Positions 21,411 through 31,135 are shown, numbered from the stretch's first letter. The stretch is DNA of 61,201 bases from Nitrospiraceae bacterium (GCA_037443165.1 JBBIOW010000001.1:2779-63979), one strand, 5' to 3'. The notes: generated by a model from the letters alone, not told the origin. Made by a program: numbers and translations.

Positions 21411-21983
21411 ATGCGAGTCGGAATCTTGCCTGGATTGGCGGGATGGCCGTCCCGCCAAGGGCACTTGTAAACCCGCCTGATGTTCCGGTGGGGAGGAAAC
21501 CCTCCACTGAGAACAACTCAAGCCTGAGACTTGAGTCGCGGGTGGTTTACTCCGCCCATTCCCCTACCTCTCTATTCGGCCGCGCTACCTGATACTCGTT
21601 CGGATCGGTAGTCGGCCTGCGGCCTGCGACGAATCCGGACATAGGCGGTCCCTGCGGTGGCCGTCCGTGCAGCTCGACGGAACGACCTGACAGCCATCGC
21701 CGACTCGATCACGGCGACGACCGGACTGTGCAGAACCCGAGGGCGAGATGACCGATCCCGCTCCGTCTCCACGTGCGCCATCGCGTTCCTCAAACCACCC
21801 GTGCATCTTCTCTCCGGCCGTTCGATGTCCCCGTCCATGGTTCATGCCCCGGAAAGGCTTTGGCGTACTGCCGCCATGTTCACCGTATGCTTTCCCGTTG
21901 CAGTTGTCTGCGCCGTCGGGATACCATACGGCGCCTTGATCAGACGGTTCGCTTCGTTCGCGTGTTCAGCAGAACGAGTTCGT

Positions 21984-22826
21984 ATGTGGCGTCGGATAGG
22001 ACTTGCGCTGTTTCTGACGCTGTCCGCATTTTTCATCGCCCATGCGGTCAACGCATTCATCGCGCATTCGCTGTCGGCGCCGTTTGCGCCGCAGACTTTT
22101 TCTCCGGTCGCCGAACCGACCGCGCCGACCGTTCCGCCGGCTCAACTGGCGGCTGAAATCCGCGCCAGCGGGCTGTTCCCGCTCCCTGAAGAGGAGTCTT
22201 CCGAGATCGCGCTTCCCGGCCAACCGGCGAAAGCCACAAGACCGCCCCTCGATGTCGCCAAAAAAGTGAAACTCCTCGGAACGGTGATGGGCGACCGGGC
22301 CGGCATCTCCGCCATCCTTGAAGATCTCGCGACCAAACGACAGAACCTGTTCCGGCTGCACGAGCACATTCCCAACGTGGGAGAGCTGGCGGAAATCAGG
22401 AAGGACGCGGTCGTGATCCGGGAGAGCGGGCAAGAGGAATTGCTCCCGCTCGCGCTCTTTGACCAGAGTCAGGCGGGGGCGGCCGCAGCGGCGTCCGCCT
22501 CTCCGGCCGCCTTCGCGGGACGCCGGCACGCGCCTCCCCCGACACGCCGGGTGTTGGACCGACGCGAAGTTGAACAGGCGATGGCGGACGTGTCGAAGCT
22601 GCTCACGCAGGCCCATGCGGTGCCGCATTTCACCAACGGCGCATTGGACGGATTCCGCATCGACTTCATCGCTCCGGCGAGTTTCTACGAAAAGATCGGG
22701 TTGAGCTACGGCGATGTGCTGCAGCGGGTCAACGGGGTGGAGGTCCGCGACCCCGCCACCATGCTGCGCATCTTCCAACAGGTGAAGAACGAGCGGACGG
22801 TCAAAGTCGACGTCGCTGACGTATGA
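21984..22826 (+). CDS. gspC: type II secretion system protein C (PDZ-containing)
   Basis: N-terminal TM RRIGLALFLTLSAFFIAHAV, a Pro/Ala-rich linker, and a C-terminal PDZ-like FRIDFIAPASFYEKIGLSYGDVLQRVNGVEV. Start is uncertain; the track ORF begins at 21657. Confidence 0.65.
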   Translation: MWRRIGLALFLTLSAFFIAHAVNAFIAHSLSAPFAPQTFSPVAEPTAPTVPPAQLAAEIRASGLFPLPEEESSEIALPGQPAKATRPPLDVAKKVKLLGTVMGDRAGISAILEDLATKRQNLFRLHEHIPNVGELAEIRKDAVVIRESGQEELLPLALFDQSQAGAAAAASASPAAFAGRRHAPPPTRRVLDRREVEQAMADVSKLLTQAHAVPHFTNGALDGFRIDFIAPASFYEKIGLSYGDVLQRVNGVEVRDPATMLRIFQQVKNERTVKVDVADV

Positions 22827-24382
22827 GATTCGTTAAACCGCTGGCGATCACCGTGCTCGCCGTCCTGCCGCTGATGGACGCACTCGTCGCGGCGGCGCAA
22901 AACGCAACGCCCCAGCCCGGCCGCGTCGCGCTCGATTTCAACGAGGTCGAGTTGCCGGTATTTGTGCGTTTCATCAGCGAGCTGACCGGGAAAAATTTCG
23001 TCCTGGACGACAGCGCCAAGAAAACCGCCGGGAAGATCACGCTGTTTTCTCCCACCAAAGTCAGTGTGGACCAGGCGTACAACATGTTCCTGGCGGCCTT
23101 GGAGGTCAGCCGGCTGATGGCGATCCCCAAGGGAAACGTCGTGCAGATCGTGCAGATGGCGGAGGTGCCGCCCGAGCGGAACGTCTATGTGTACAAGCTC
23201 AAGTACGCCAACGCCACCGACACGGCGGCGTTGCTGACGAACTTAGTCGCCAAATCCTCGGCTGTACCGACCGCGATGCCCACCGGCCGTCCGCCGCTTC
23301 GTCCGATGACGGAATTTGAAGCGCCGGTTCAGGTTTTTGCGGACAAGGCCACGAACAGCGTCGTCATCAGCGCCACCCGCACGGCCTATAACCGCCTCCA
23401 GTCCGTCCTGCGGGAAATCGACACCCGCCGCCACCAGGTTTTCGTGGAAGCGGTCATTCTCGAAGTGCAGGTGGATCGCCTGCGGCAAATCGGGAGCGAC
23501 CCGTTGCAGGTGATCGCAGCGGGGAGCCGCGGATCGGTGCAGGCCATCGGAGGGTTTAACCGCGCTCCTGAGGACCTGGCCTCGCTCGCTCAGACGATTA
23601 GCGGCATCAGTACCGGAGCGACGACGGGTGGCGCACTGACCGTGCTCAACACGATCAACGTGCGGGCCTTTCTGCAACTGCTGATGAACCTGACGGACAC
23701 CAACATCCTGTCCACGCCGCAGGTCATGGCCGCCGACAATCAAAAAGCGAAGATCGTCGTCGGCGAGAATCGGCCGTTTCCGACCGGCCAGGCACAGGGC
23801 ATCACCGGCGGCACGCTGGTCACAATCGAGCGGAAAGACGTTGGCGTGACACTGGAAATCACCCCACAAGTGCTTGAGAACGATCTTGTCCGGCTGGAAA
23901 TCAAGCAAGAGATTACGGCTATCTCGGAAAACGTGGCCCAGACAATCGGGACCGGCAGCGCAACGGTGCCGGTCGGCCCGACCACCACCAAGCGTGCCAT
24001 GGAAACCACGACCATCGCCCGAGACAAACAGACCCTCGTCATCGGCGGGCTAGTACGCGACAATGTCACCCTCAGCGAGCGTAAGATCCCGTTGCTGGGG
24101 GACATTCCGCTGCTCGGCTGGCTGTTCCGGTTTCAGAGCCGGCAAGTGGAGAAGCTCAACCTGCTCGTCTTCCTGACCCCGCACATCATCAAAGACGAGA
24201 TCGACACGGTCGAACTGAACCAGCGCAAGGCCGCAGACGTCGGCACGCTCCAACGGGAGAATCGCATCGAGGAGCCGACCCGCCTGAAGCAGGAAGTGCT
24301 CGAGCATCTCGAGCCGCGCAACCAGCCATCCGCAGATCCGCACGCCGCCGGAAAACAGGTCCCGGCATCATCCTCGCCCTGA
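22823..24382 (+). CDS. gspD: type II secretion system secretin
   Basis: Signal peptide, N0/N1-like domains (LDFNEVELPVFVRFISELTGKNFVL; VYKLKYANATD...VFADKATNSVVI), and a secretin core ending IPLLGDIPLLGWLFR...LLVFLTPHII. Start overlaps the gspC stop. Confidence 0.9.
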   Translation: MRFVKPLAITVLAVLPLMDALVAAAQNATPQPGRVALDFNEVELPVFVRFISELTGKNFVLDDSAKKTAGKITLFSPTKVSVDQAYNMFLAALEVSRLMAIPKGNVVQIVQMAEVPPERNVYVYKLKYANATDTAALLTNLVAKSSAVPTAMPTGRPPLRPMTEFEAPVQVFADKATNSVVISATRTAYNRLQSVLREIDTRRHQVFVEAVILEVQVDRLRQIGSDPLQVIAAGSRGSVQAIGGFNRAPEDLASLAQTISGISTGATTGGALTVLNTINVRAFLQLLMNLTDTNILSTPQVMAADNQKAKIVVGENRPFPTGQAQGITGGTLVTIERKDVGVTLEITPQVLENDLVRLEIKQEITAISENVAQTIGTGSATVPVGPTTTKRAMETTTIARDKQTLVIGGLVRDNVTLSERKIPLLGDIPLLGWLFRFQSRQVEKLNLLVFLTPHIIKDEIDTVELNQRKAADVGTLQRENRIEEPTRLKQEVLEHLEPRNQPSADPHAAGKQVPASSSP

Positions 24383-24465
24383 TCCGTTCTCTGTTTCCCC
24401 TGGCTTTCAGTGGTTGAGTGCATCGGCCATACTTGTGTGGCTGATGGCCGGACTTCCTGGGCTGA

Positions 24466-24687
24466 GGCTTCTACTTTTCTTCGTCGGCGGGCCCCATACA
24501 GGGCCGTCAGTGGGTTCCGGGGCTGAACGCATTGGCGGGCATCAAAGTGTTCTTTGCGGACGAATGGGGCATCTTCGTGGAGGGGAAGTATAACTATGCG
24601 ACCGTGACCAACTTCGATCCGACATTCGGCGTGAGCGGCGCCTATAGTATTTTCCACCTCGTCGGCGGGATTGCTTATCGCTTCTGA
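24466..24687 (+). pseudogene. 3' remnant of an outer-membrane beta-barrel gene
   Basis: Open frame with no start (stop at 24463) encodes ...GIKVFFADEWGIFVEGKYNYATVTNFDPTFGVSGAYSIFHLVGGIAYRF*. It shows alternating beta-strand pattern and the terminal aromatic F typical of OMP barrels. Confidence 0.6.
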
Positions 24688-24748
24688 AACCCCCACGACA
24701 AAGAGTGGCAATTTCTTTTCTTTAGTGACAAACATCAAGAAACTGTTG

Positions 24749-24781
24749 AGATCCTGCCATCCGCTGGGATCTTCCGTTTTT
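24749..24781 (+). terminator. terminator-like hairpin after the OMP remnant
   Basis: Stem agatcc / ggatct followed by tccgttttt, within a locally AT-richer spacer. Confidence 0.4.
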
Positions 24782-24871
24782 CCATGTCTTGCCATAGGGC
24801 GAGAGGAAGAGTATGTTTGTGCAGCTTCATGCCTGAATCTAAGCGGTTAAGCGCCATTCTTTGAGCAGAGT

Positions 24872-26686
24872 GTGAAGCCGTGGTGTCTCGGATTCGTCAC
24901 TCCGGGTGAGAACTTCGGTCATGGTGAACCACACGACTGGTGGTGCGTGAACGGAAGCGGTGGGCCTGTGGGATACGGACGGCCTCTGCTGGGAACCATT
25001 CTCGGCGAGAAATTCAATCTCTCCGAAACCAAGCTGCAGGAGGCGCTCGCGCAGCAGCGGGACAAGGGAGGGCGACTCGGCGACGTCTTGATACGGCTCC
25101 GCGCCGTCCGGGACGACGAAGTGCTTCAAGCCCTCGCCCATCAGTTCGAACTGCCGTGGCTTCCGCAACTGGAACCCAATCAGGTCGATCCAGCTCTCCT
25201 GAAACGTGTTCCCATCGGCTTTGCCCGCCGGTATCGCGTCCTGCCGTTGCGCGCCGAAGACGGCGTCGTCACCGTCGCGACGTGCGACCCGTTGGAAACC
25301 GCCGCCCTGGATGATCTTCGCTTGTTGCTCGGCTCGCTGGTCACACCGGTCTTGACGACGAGCGTGTCGCTGCTTTCCTGCCTGAACCACGTCTATGATC
25401 AGGCCGCCAGTCCCGCCGCGGCCGAGCAGGTCATGGAGGACCTGGCGGCGGGCGAAAATTTGGATCGCCTGGCCCAGGAACTGGACGAGCCCCAGGATCT
25501 GCTGGACGCCACCGACGAAGCGCCCATCATTCGCCTGGTGAATTCCATCCTCTTCCAGGCCGTCAAGCAGCGGGCCAGCGACATCCACTTCGAATCGTTC
25601 GAGAAAGGCTTGGTCATCCGCTACCGGATCGACGGCGTACTGTATCCGGTGCTGACTCCGCCCAAACATCTGCAAGCCAGCATCATCGCGCGCCTGAAAA
25701 TCATGGCGGGGCTGAATATCGCCGAAAAACGGCTGCCACAGGACGGCCGGTTCGGGATCCGGACGGCCGGCAAGGATGTCGACCTCCGCGTGTCCGTTCT
25801 CCCCACGTCGCACGGCGAGCGCGTCGTATTGCGGCTACTTGAAAAAGAGAACCGGCTGCTGAACCTCACGGAAATCGGCTTCTCGCCGGATAAGCTGGCG
25901 GTCATGCAGCAGCTCATCCAATTGTCGCACGGTATGATCCTGGTGACCGGCCCGACCGGCAGCGGCAAGACGACGACGCTTTACGCGGCGCTCAGCCAGA
26001 TCAACGCGCCGGACAAGAACATCATCACGGTCGAGGACCCCGTCGAGTACCAGCTTCAGGGCATCGGCCAGATGCAAGTGAATCCGAAGATCAACCTGAC
26101 CTTCGCCTCCGGGTTGCGGTCGATTTTGCGCCAGGACCCGGACGTCATCATGATCGGGGAAATCCGGGACCTGGAAACAGCCGAGATCGCCATCCATGCG
26201 TCGTTGACCGGCCATTTGGTCTTTACCACCTTGCACACGAACGATGCCGCCAGCGCCCCGACCCGCCTGATCGACATGGGCATCGAGCCGTTCCTCGTCG
26301 CGTCGTCGGTCGTCGCCGTGCTGGCCCAACGATTGCTGCGGAAGATCTGTCCCGATTGTCGCCGCCCCTACCGTCCGAGCGACGAAGAGCTCACCCGGCT
26401 CGGGCTTCCCCTTACCACGCCCCGTCCGACGTTCTATCGCGGCGCCGGCTGCGCGGCCTGCTCCCAGACCGGATACCGCGGCCGCACCGGCATCTACGAA
26501 CTGCTGTTGATGGACGACGATCTCCGCCGCCTGATCGGCGCCAAGGCGGACTCGGCGGCGATCAAGCAGGCCGCCATCGCCAAAGGAATGGTCCCCCTCA
26601 AGCAGGAAGGTGCGATCAAAGTCGCGCAGGGGGTGACCACGACCGAAGAAGTGATGCGCATCACTCAGCAGGAAGTCGAACTTTAG
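24872..26686 (+). CDS. gspE: type II secretion ATPase
   Basis: GspE N-terminal domain, Walker A GPTGSGKTTT, Asp box, Walker B DVIMIGEIRD, His box, and the tetracysteine CPDC...CAAC. The true start may be the internal GTG at 24947 or 24968. Confidence 0.9.
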   Translation: MKPWCLGFVTPGENFGHGEPHDWWCVNGSGGPVGYGRPLLGTILGEKFNLSETKLQEALAQQRDKGGRLGDVLIRLRAVRDDEVLQALAHQFELPWLPQLEPNQVDPALLKRVPIGFARRYRVLPLRAEDGVVTVATCDPLETAALDDLRLLLGSLVTPVLTTSVSLLSCLNHVYDQAASPAAAEQVMEDLAAGENLDRLAQELDEPQDLLDATDEAPIIRLVNSILFQAVKQRASDIHFESFEKGLVIRYRIDGVLYPVLTPPKHLQASIIARLKIMAGLNIAEKRLPQDGRFGIRTAGKDVDLRVSVLPTSHGERVVLRLLEKENRLLNLTEIGFSPDKLAVMQQLIQLSHGMILVTGPTGSGKTTTLYAALSQINAPDKNIITVEDPVEYQLQGIGQMQVNPKINLTFASGLRSILRQDPDVIMIGEIRDLETAEIAIHASLTGHLVFTTLHTNDAASAPTRLIDMGIEPFLVASSVVAVLAQRLLRKICPDCRRPYRPSDEELTRLGLPLTTPRPTFYRGAGCAACSQTGYRGRTGIYELLLMDDDLRRLIGAKADSAAIKQAAIAKGMVPLKQEGAIKVAQGVTTTEEVMRITQQEVEL

Positions 26687-26694
26687 CCAACTCC

Positions 26695-27930
26695 ATGCCG
26701 GTCTATCAGTACAAAGGAATTCGCGCCGACGGCGCGGCGGCCACCGGTCTCATCGACGCCGAGAGCCCCAAGATCGCGCGGCTCAAGCTCCGTAAAGGCG
26801 GGGTCTATCCGACGGATCTCATCGAGCAGCGGCAGCCTCAGGACGCTCGAGTCGGGACGCAGGTTCGTGTCCCATCGGCACTGGGACGTTCCGCCTCCTT
26901 GTCCGTTCAGGAACTGGCCATTATCACCAGACAGTTGGGCACCCTGCTGGTGGCCGGCCTGCCGCTGGTGGACGCCCTCGGCATCCTCATCGAGCAATCG
27001 GACAAGAAGGCCGTCAAGGGCCTGCTTGCCGACGTGCGGGAAGAGATCCGCGGAGGAAAAGCGCTCAGCGCCGTCCTCGAACGGTATCCGCGGGTTTTTT
27101 CATCCATTTATATCCATATGGTCCGAGCCGGGGAAGCCAGCGGCGCGCTGGACCACATTTTGTTCCGGCTGGCCGATTTCCTCGAGAAGCAGCTTGCGCT
27201 GAAACAGAAGGTCACCAACGCCGCGCTGTACCCGGTTCTCATGCTCGTAGTCGGCGCCCTGGTGTTGTTCTTTCTGATGACGTTCGTGGTGCCGAAGATC
27301 ACCGCGGTGTTCGCCGATCTCAAACAGGCGTTGCCGTGGCCGACGGTGGTCCTGATGGGGATCAGCCGGTTTCTGGCGGATTATTGGCTGTTTCTTCTTG
27401 GCGGGATCGGCCTGACGCTGGCGGGCGTGCAGCGTCTCCTTCAGACTCCCGGCGGGCGCTTGGCGGCCGACCAGCTGTTGTTGAAGCTGCCCCTGATCGG
27501 TCACGTGGCGCGGATGGTGTCGCTCTCGCGGTTGGCCAGCACATTGGCCACCATGCTCGCGAGCGGGGTGCAATTGCTGGACGCGCTGGATGTCGCCAAA
27601 CGGGTGATGAACAATCGCGTGCTCGAACGGGCGGTCGAGGACGCGCGACAGAACATCCGAGAAGGACAACCGATCGCCGAGCCGCTCAAGCGCAGCGGGG
27701 AATTTCCGTCCCTGGTCACGCACATGATCGCGGTCGGCGAAAAAAGCGGCGAGATGGAGGAGATGCTCCGACGGATCGCCCAGATCTACGACGGGGAAGT
27801 GGACCGGGTCATCACGCGGCTCACCTCGCTGCTCGAGCCGGCGATGATTCTTGTCATGGGCGTCCTGGTCTTTTTCATCGTGGTGGCGATTTTGCTGCCG
27901 ATCTTCGAGATGGGACAGATGGTGCGGTGA
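26695..27930 (+). CDS. gspF: type II secretion inner-membrane platform protein
   Basis: MPVYQYKGIRADG... with two GspF repeats. Starts 9 nt after the gspE stop; the track ORF is extended upstream to 26356. Confidence 0.9.
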   Translation: MPVYQYKGIRADGAAATGLIDAESPKIARLKLRKGGVYPTDLIEQRQPQDARVGTQVRVPSALGRSASLSVQELAIITRQLGTLLVAGLPLVDALGILIEQSDKKAVKGLLADVREEIRGGKALSAVLERYPRVFSSIYIHMVRAGEASGALDHILFRLADFLEKQLALKQKVTNAALYPVLMLVVGALVLFFLMTFVVPKITAVFADLKQALPWPTVVLMGISRFLADYWLFLLGGIGLTLAGVQRLLQTPGGRLAADQLLLKLPLIGHVARMVSLSRLASTLATMLASGVQLLDALDVAKRVMNNRVLERAVEDARQNIREGQPIAEPLKRSGEFPSLVTHMIAVGEKSGEMEEMLRRIAQIYDGEVDRVITRLTSLLEPAMILVMGVLVFFIVVAILLPIFEMGQMVR

Positions 27931-27938
27931 GGGGAGGT

Positions 27939-27966
27939 CGAGTTCCGAGTTCCGAGTGCCGAGTGC
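27939..27966 (+). repeat. tandem heptanucleotide repeat CGAGTKC x4
   Basis: Units are cgagttc cgagttc cgagtgc cgagtgc, starting 9 nt after the gspF stop. Confidence 0.8.
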
Positions 27967-28003
27967 CAGTGAAAGAATCGTCACGAGAGGGAGTTCCTTC
28001 GAG

Positions 28004-28498
28004 ATGAGGAGAGTCGCCGAATCAAGACAACACGTTCCTCTAGCCTCGCGCCTCGCGCCTCGCGCCTGGCGTTCCATGGGCGGGTTCCCCTTCATCGAGA
28101 TCATGGTGGTCGTGGCCATTCTGGCCAACCTGGCCGCTTTGGAGGTCCCGCGCATCATTGGCCGAACGGACGAGGCCAAGCGGACCGCGGCCAAGGTCCA
28201 GATCCGCAACATCGAGGGCGCCCTGCAGCTCTACAAGCTGGACAACGGCGTCTATCCGTCGACGGAACAGGGGCTCAGGGCCCTGGTCGAAAAGCCGACC
28301 GTCGGAGTGATTCCGAAAAAATGGAAACCGGGCGGATACCTGCAGAAAATCCCTGAGGATCCTTGGGGCAATCCGTATAAGTATCTCAGCCCAAGCCCCC
28401 GCGGCGAATACGAAATCATCTCGCTGGGCACCGACGGCGAAGTCGGCGGCGAAGGGGTCAATGCCGATATTACGAACTGGAACCTGGACAAGGAGTAG
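28004..28498 (+). CDS. gspG: major pseudopilin
   Basis: Prepilin-type N-terminus G|FPFIEIMVVVAIL with Glu at +5. GspG signature LYKLDNGVYPSTEQGLRALVEKP...DPWGNPYKY...ISLGTDG. The start is ambiguous: 28004 gives a 27-aa leader and 28076 gives a 3-aa leader. Confidence 0.85.
   Translation: MRRVAESRQHVPLASRLAPRAWRSMGGFPFIEIMVVVAILANLAALEVPRIIGRTDEAKRTAAKVQIRNIEGALQLYKLDNGVYPSTEQGLRALVEKPTVGVIPKKWKPGGYLQKIPEDPWGNPYKYLSPSPRGEYEIISLGTDGEVGGEGVNADITNWNLDKE
28037..28071 (+). repeat. tandem heptanucleotide repeat CCTCGCG-type x5 (reverse complement of the GAGGCNN family)
   Basis: Units are cctctag cctcgcg cctcgcg cctcgcg cctggcg. It lies inside the long-leader reading frame of gspG. Confidence 0.8.
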
Positions 28499-28568
28499 GC
28501 CGTCAATGGTCGGGGGTCGTACGGCATTCGGCAGCCGGCAGGACACGAAGGTTCACGTCGACTGTCTC

Positions 28569-29156
28569 ATGTCTGACCGCTCGCCGAGTAGCGCCGGTTT
28601 CACGCTCGTGGAGATGATCCTGGTGCTGTTCCTCTTGGGCGTGCTGCTGACGCTGGTCCTTCCGCGCACTGGAATCGCAAACCATTTGCCGTCGGCGACC
28701 CGGCACGTAGCGTCGGCGATCCGTTCCTTGCAGACGGCCGCAGTTTCAGCGCAGAAGCCGTTTCGCCTCTATCTCGATTTGGATCAGCGGGCGTACTGGG
28801 CGGTGGTGCTGGACGGAGGAGAAGAACGGACGCCGGTCGATCCCGTGCTCGCCCGGCGCGAGACGCTGCCCGACCCGATCAGATTCCTCGCCGTGACCGC
28901 GCCAAACAGAGGAAGGGTGGAGTCCGGCAGAGCGTACGTTCAGGTGCTGCCGACGGGCAAGACGGAGCCGGCAGCCATCACGCTCGCGGATGAAGACGGG
29001 AGCATGCTGACGGTGAAGATCCACGCCTTGACGGGCTCCCTGCAGATCAGCGATCGCGCGGCCGAAGACAAGCTGCTGGAAGGGGTTCCAGAGCGGCTTC
29101 GCATCCTGCTTCAGCCCCTCGTCTGGCCCACGCCGGTCGGAGGAGGAAAGCCATGA
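28569..29156 (+). CDS. gspH: minor pseudopilin GspH-like
   Basis: Prepilin N-terminus SAGFTLVEMILVLFLLGVLL. Position and size fit GspH. Confidence 0.7.
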   Translation: MSDRSPSSAGFTLVEMILVLFLLGVLLTLVLPRTGIANHLPSATRHVASAIRSLQTAAVSAQKPFRLYLDLDQRAYWAVVLDGGEERTPVDPVLARRETLPDPIRFLAVTAPNRGRVESGRAYVQVLPTGKTEPAAITLADEDGSMLTVKIHALTGSLQISDRAAEDKLLEGVPERLRILLQPLVWPTPVGGGKP

Positions 29157-29584
29157 GCGAATCGTGGCAAGTCCGCCGGAACGACGACGGATTCACGCTG
29201 CTGGAGGTCATGATCGCGCTGGCGATCCTGGCCATCGCGCTCCCTGTCCTGTTGGGATTGCGCAACTGGGACGTGGACCTGCATTTGCGGGCGCGAGAGC
29301 TGACAACCGCCACCCTGCTGGCTCAGGAGAAGCTGCTCGAAGCGGAACTCGCCGGGTTTCTGCCGCTGGGCGAAGTAAGCGGAGATTTTAAAGGCCAGCC
29401 GCCGGGTATTCAGACAGCCGTCGAGCCTGGCGACCGGGCACCGGGCTACCGCTGGAAACGCATCGTCTTGCCGACGCCTTTGGATCCGGTGCGCGAGGTC
29501 CGTGTGCAGGTGATCTGGCCGAGAGGAGAAATCGAAGAAATGGGCGAGGTGAGCACCTATGTCTTTCGATCCACGGCGTCCTGA
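29153..29584 (+). CDS. gspI: minor pseudopilin GspI-like
   Basis: DDGFTLLEVMIALAILAIAL N-terminus. ATGA overlap with gspH. Confidence 0.75.
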   Translation: MSESWQVRRNDDGFTLLEVMIALAILAIALPVLLGLRNWDVDLHLRARELTTATLLAQEKLLEAELAGFLPLGEVSGDFKGQPPGIQTAVEPGDRAPGYRWKRIVLPTPLDPVREVRVQVIWPRGEIEEMGEVSTYVFRSTAS

Positions 29585-30176
29585 CGAACAGGGCGGCTTT
29601 ACCCTGATCGAAGTGCTCCTGGCGGTCGCGGCCTTGGCGACGATTGCGGCATTGATCTTCGCCTCTCTCGCTTCCACCATACGCCTGACGGACTCGGTCA
29701 GGGAAACCGCTGCGCGTGAGCAACTGATCCGCAGCAGTCTCCGGTTGATGGCCGACGAGCTGATGTCGGCCCAGCTTCATCCGTCGTCGCCGTGGATCGG
29801 TCAGAACGGGCAACAGAACGGTCGGCCAGCGGACATTGTGGCGTTTCTGTCGTCGAGCCAGACCCGAACCCATGACGCGGCGGCCGAAAGCGAGCTGACC
29901 CGGGTGCTCTACACGCGCGAAGGAACGCGTCTGGTCAGGATGGCACGGCGCAATCTGTACGGCCTCACCGACGAGTGGCTCGAGCGAACCGATCTGGCGG
30001 ACAAGGTCGTCGGATTCAATGTCCGATATTTTGACGAACTGTCCAGGGCCTGGGTGGACGAATGGGACGGGCGGAACAGGCGATCTCAACCGAAGGCGGT
30101 ATTGATCGAGCTGACGCTCCAAGTTGCGGAAGAAGACGTGCAGACGATCAGAGAATGGGTCAACGTCGGAGCATAG
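29559..30176 (+). CDS. gspJ: minor pseudopilin GspJ-like
   Basis: QGGFTLIEVLLAVAALATIA N-terminus; about 200 aa. Confidence 0.75.
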   Translation: MSFDPRRPDEQGGFTLIEVLLAVAALATIAALIFASLASTIRLTDSVRETAAREQLIRSSLRLMADELMSAQLHPSSPWIGQNGQQNGRPADIVAFLSSSQTRTHDAAAESELTRVLYTREGTRLVRMARRNLYGLTDEWLERTDLADKVVGFNVRYFDELSRAWVDEWDGRNRRSQPKAVLIELTLQVAEEDVQTIREWVNVGA

Positions 30177-30181
30177 TCCTG

Positions 30182-31075
30182 ATGTTCACGCTGGTTCGGT
30201 CGCCGCAGGTCAAGCGTGCCGCCGGTTGGACGGCGATGCTGTTCGGACTGGTCGCGTTCTTTCTGGTGCTCACGTTTCCCTATGACGTGCTGCAGGCGCG
30301 CATCCTGGCGGAGGTGTCCAGCCGGACCGGTGTCGAGATCACCGCCGACCAGTGGGAGATTGCCTGGCCGTTCGGCCTGGGCTGGCGAGGGGTCAGCCTG
30401 TTCACGGAGGACAACGTGCGGGTGCAGATGGACGAGCTCCGGGTCACAGTCAACGCGGCAAGTGTGCTGACCGGCCGCCTGGCCGCCGACCTTGTGGCTT
30501 CGTTATCCGGCGATGCGCTCACCAACGGCGGACGCGCGACCGTCCGGGTGACGTCGGACTCCTGGTCCGGCAACGGCACAGTGTCGGTCGCCGGGCGAAT
30601 CGAACACCTGCCGCTCTCCGCTCTCGGTTTTCAAGCCGTGCGCCGCGGGCGTCTCAGCGTCGAGTTCGCGCAGCGGTGGGAAGGGAATTCGTCGGCGGGC
30701 GGCACGGGGGGCATGGAAGGAACGTGGACCATCGACATGGCGGACGTCTCGATCGAGCAAATGGCCTCGGGTCAGATCCGTCTTCCCTCCATCACGCTGG
30801 CCCACGCCAGGATGACCCTGCAATGCCGGGCCGACGTCTGCCGGATCCAGGAGTTCACCGGAGACGGAGCCGACGGGTTTTTTCACGGAGACGGTCAGGT
30901 TACGCTTCGGCGGCCGTTCCGGAACAGCACCCTGGCGTTGTCCATCTCCGTGACGCCTTCTCCCGCGTTTGCGCAGCGCGCCGCCGCGTCGGGCCTGCCA
31001 TTGGCAGCCGCCGGTGCACCGATGAGAGTGTCCGTCAACGGGTCGATTGCACAACCGCAGTTCTCAGTTACCTAG
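30182..31075 (+). CDS. gspN: GspN-like type II secretion protein
   Basis: Single N-terminal TM (WTAMLFGLVAFFLVLTF) followed by a beta-rich periplasmic domain. Assigned from position inside the gsp cluster. Alternative start at 30155. Confidence 0.55.
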   Translation: MFTLVRSPQVKRAAGWTAMLFGLVAFFLVLTFPYDVLQARILAEVSSRTGVEITADQWEIAWPFGLGWRGVSLFTEDNVRVQMDELRVTVNAASVLTGRLAADLVASLSGDALTNGGRATVRVTSDSWSGNGTVSVAGRIEHLPLSALGFQAVRRGRLSVEFAQRWEGNSSAGGTGGMEGTWTIDMADVSIEQMASGQIRLPSITLAHARMTLQCRADVCRIQEFTGDGADGFFHGDGQVTLRRPFRNSTLALSISVTPSPAFAQRAAASGLPLAAAGAPMRVSVNGSIAQPQFSVT

Positions 31076-31135
31076 GAATCCGAGGGCCGTTCACTCGTCA
31101 CGGATGACACATCGCGCTGGACGCATCACAGTCTC

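Noticed and set aside
24133-24795. 220-aa minus-strand ORF spanning the gspD 3' end and the gspD-gspE spacer
   Set aside because: It overlaps the well-supported secretin C-terminus. The spacer is better explained by the plus-strand OMP C-terminal remnant ending in ...GIAYRF.
27939-28071. Heptad arrays as a CRISPR array
   Set aside because: The repeat unit is 7 nt with no spacers, the arrays are under 40 nt, and there are no cas genes in the window.
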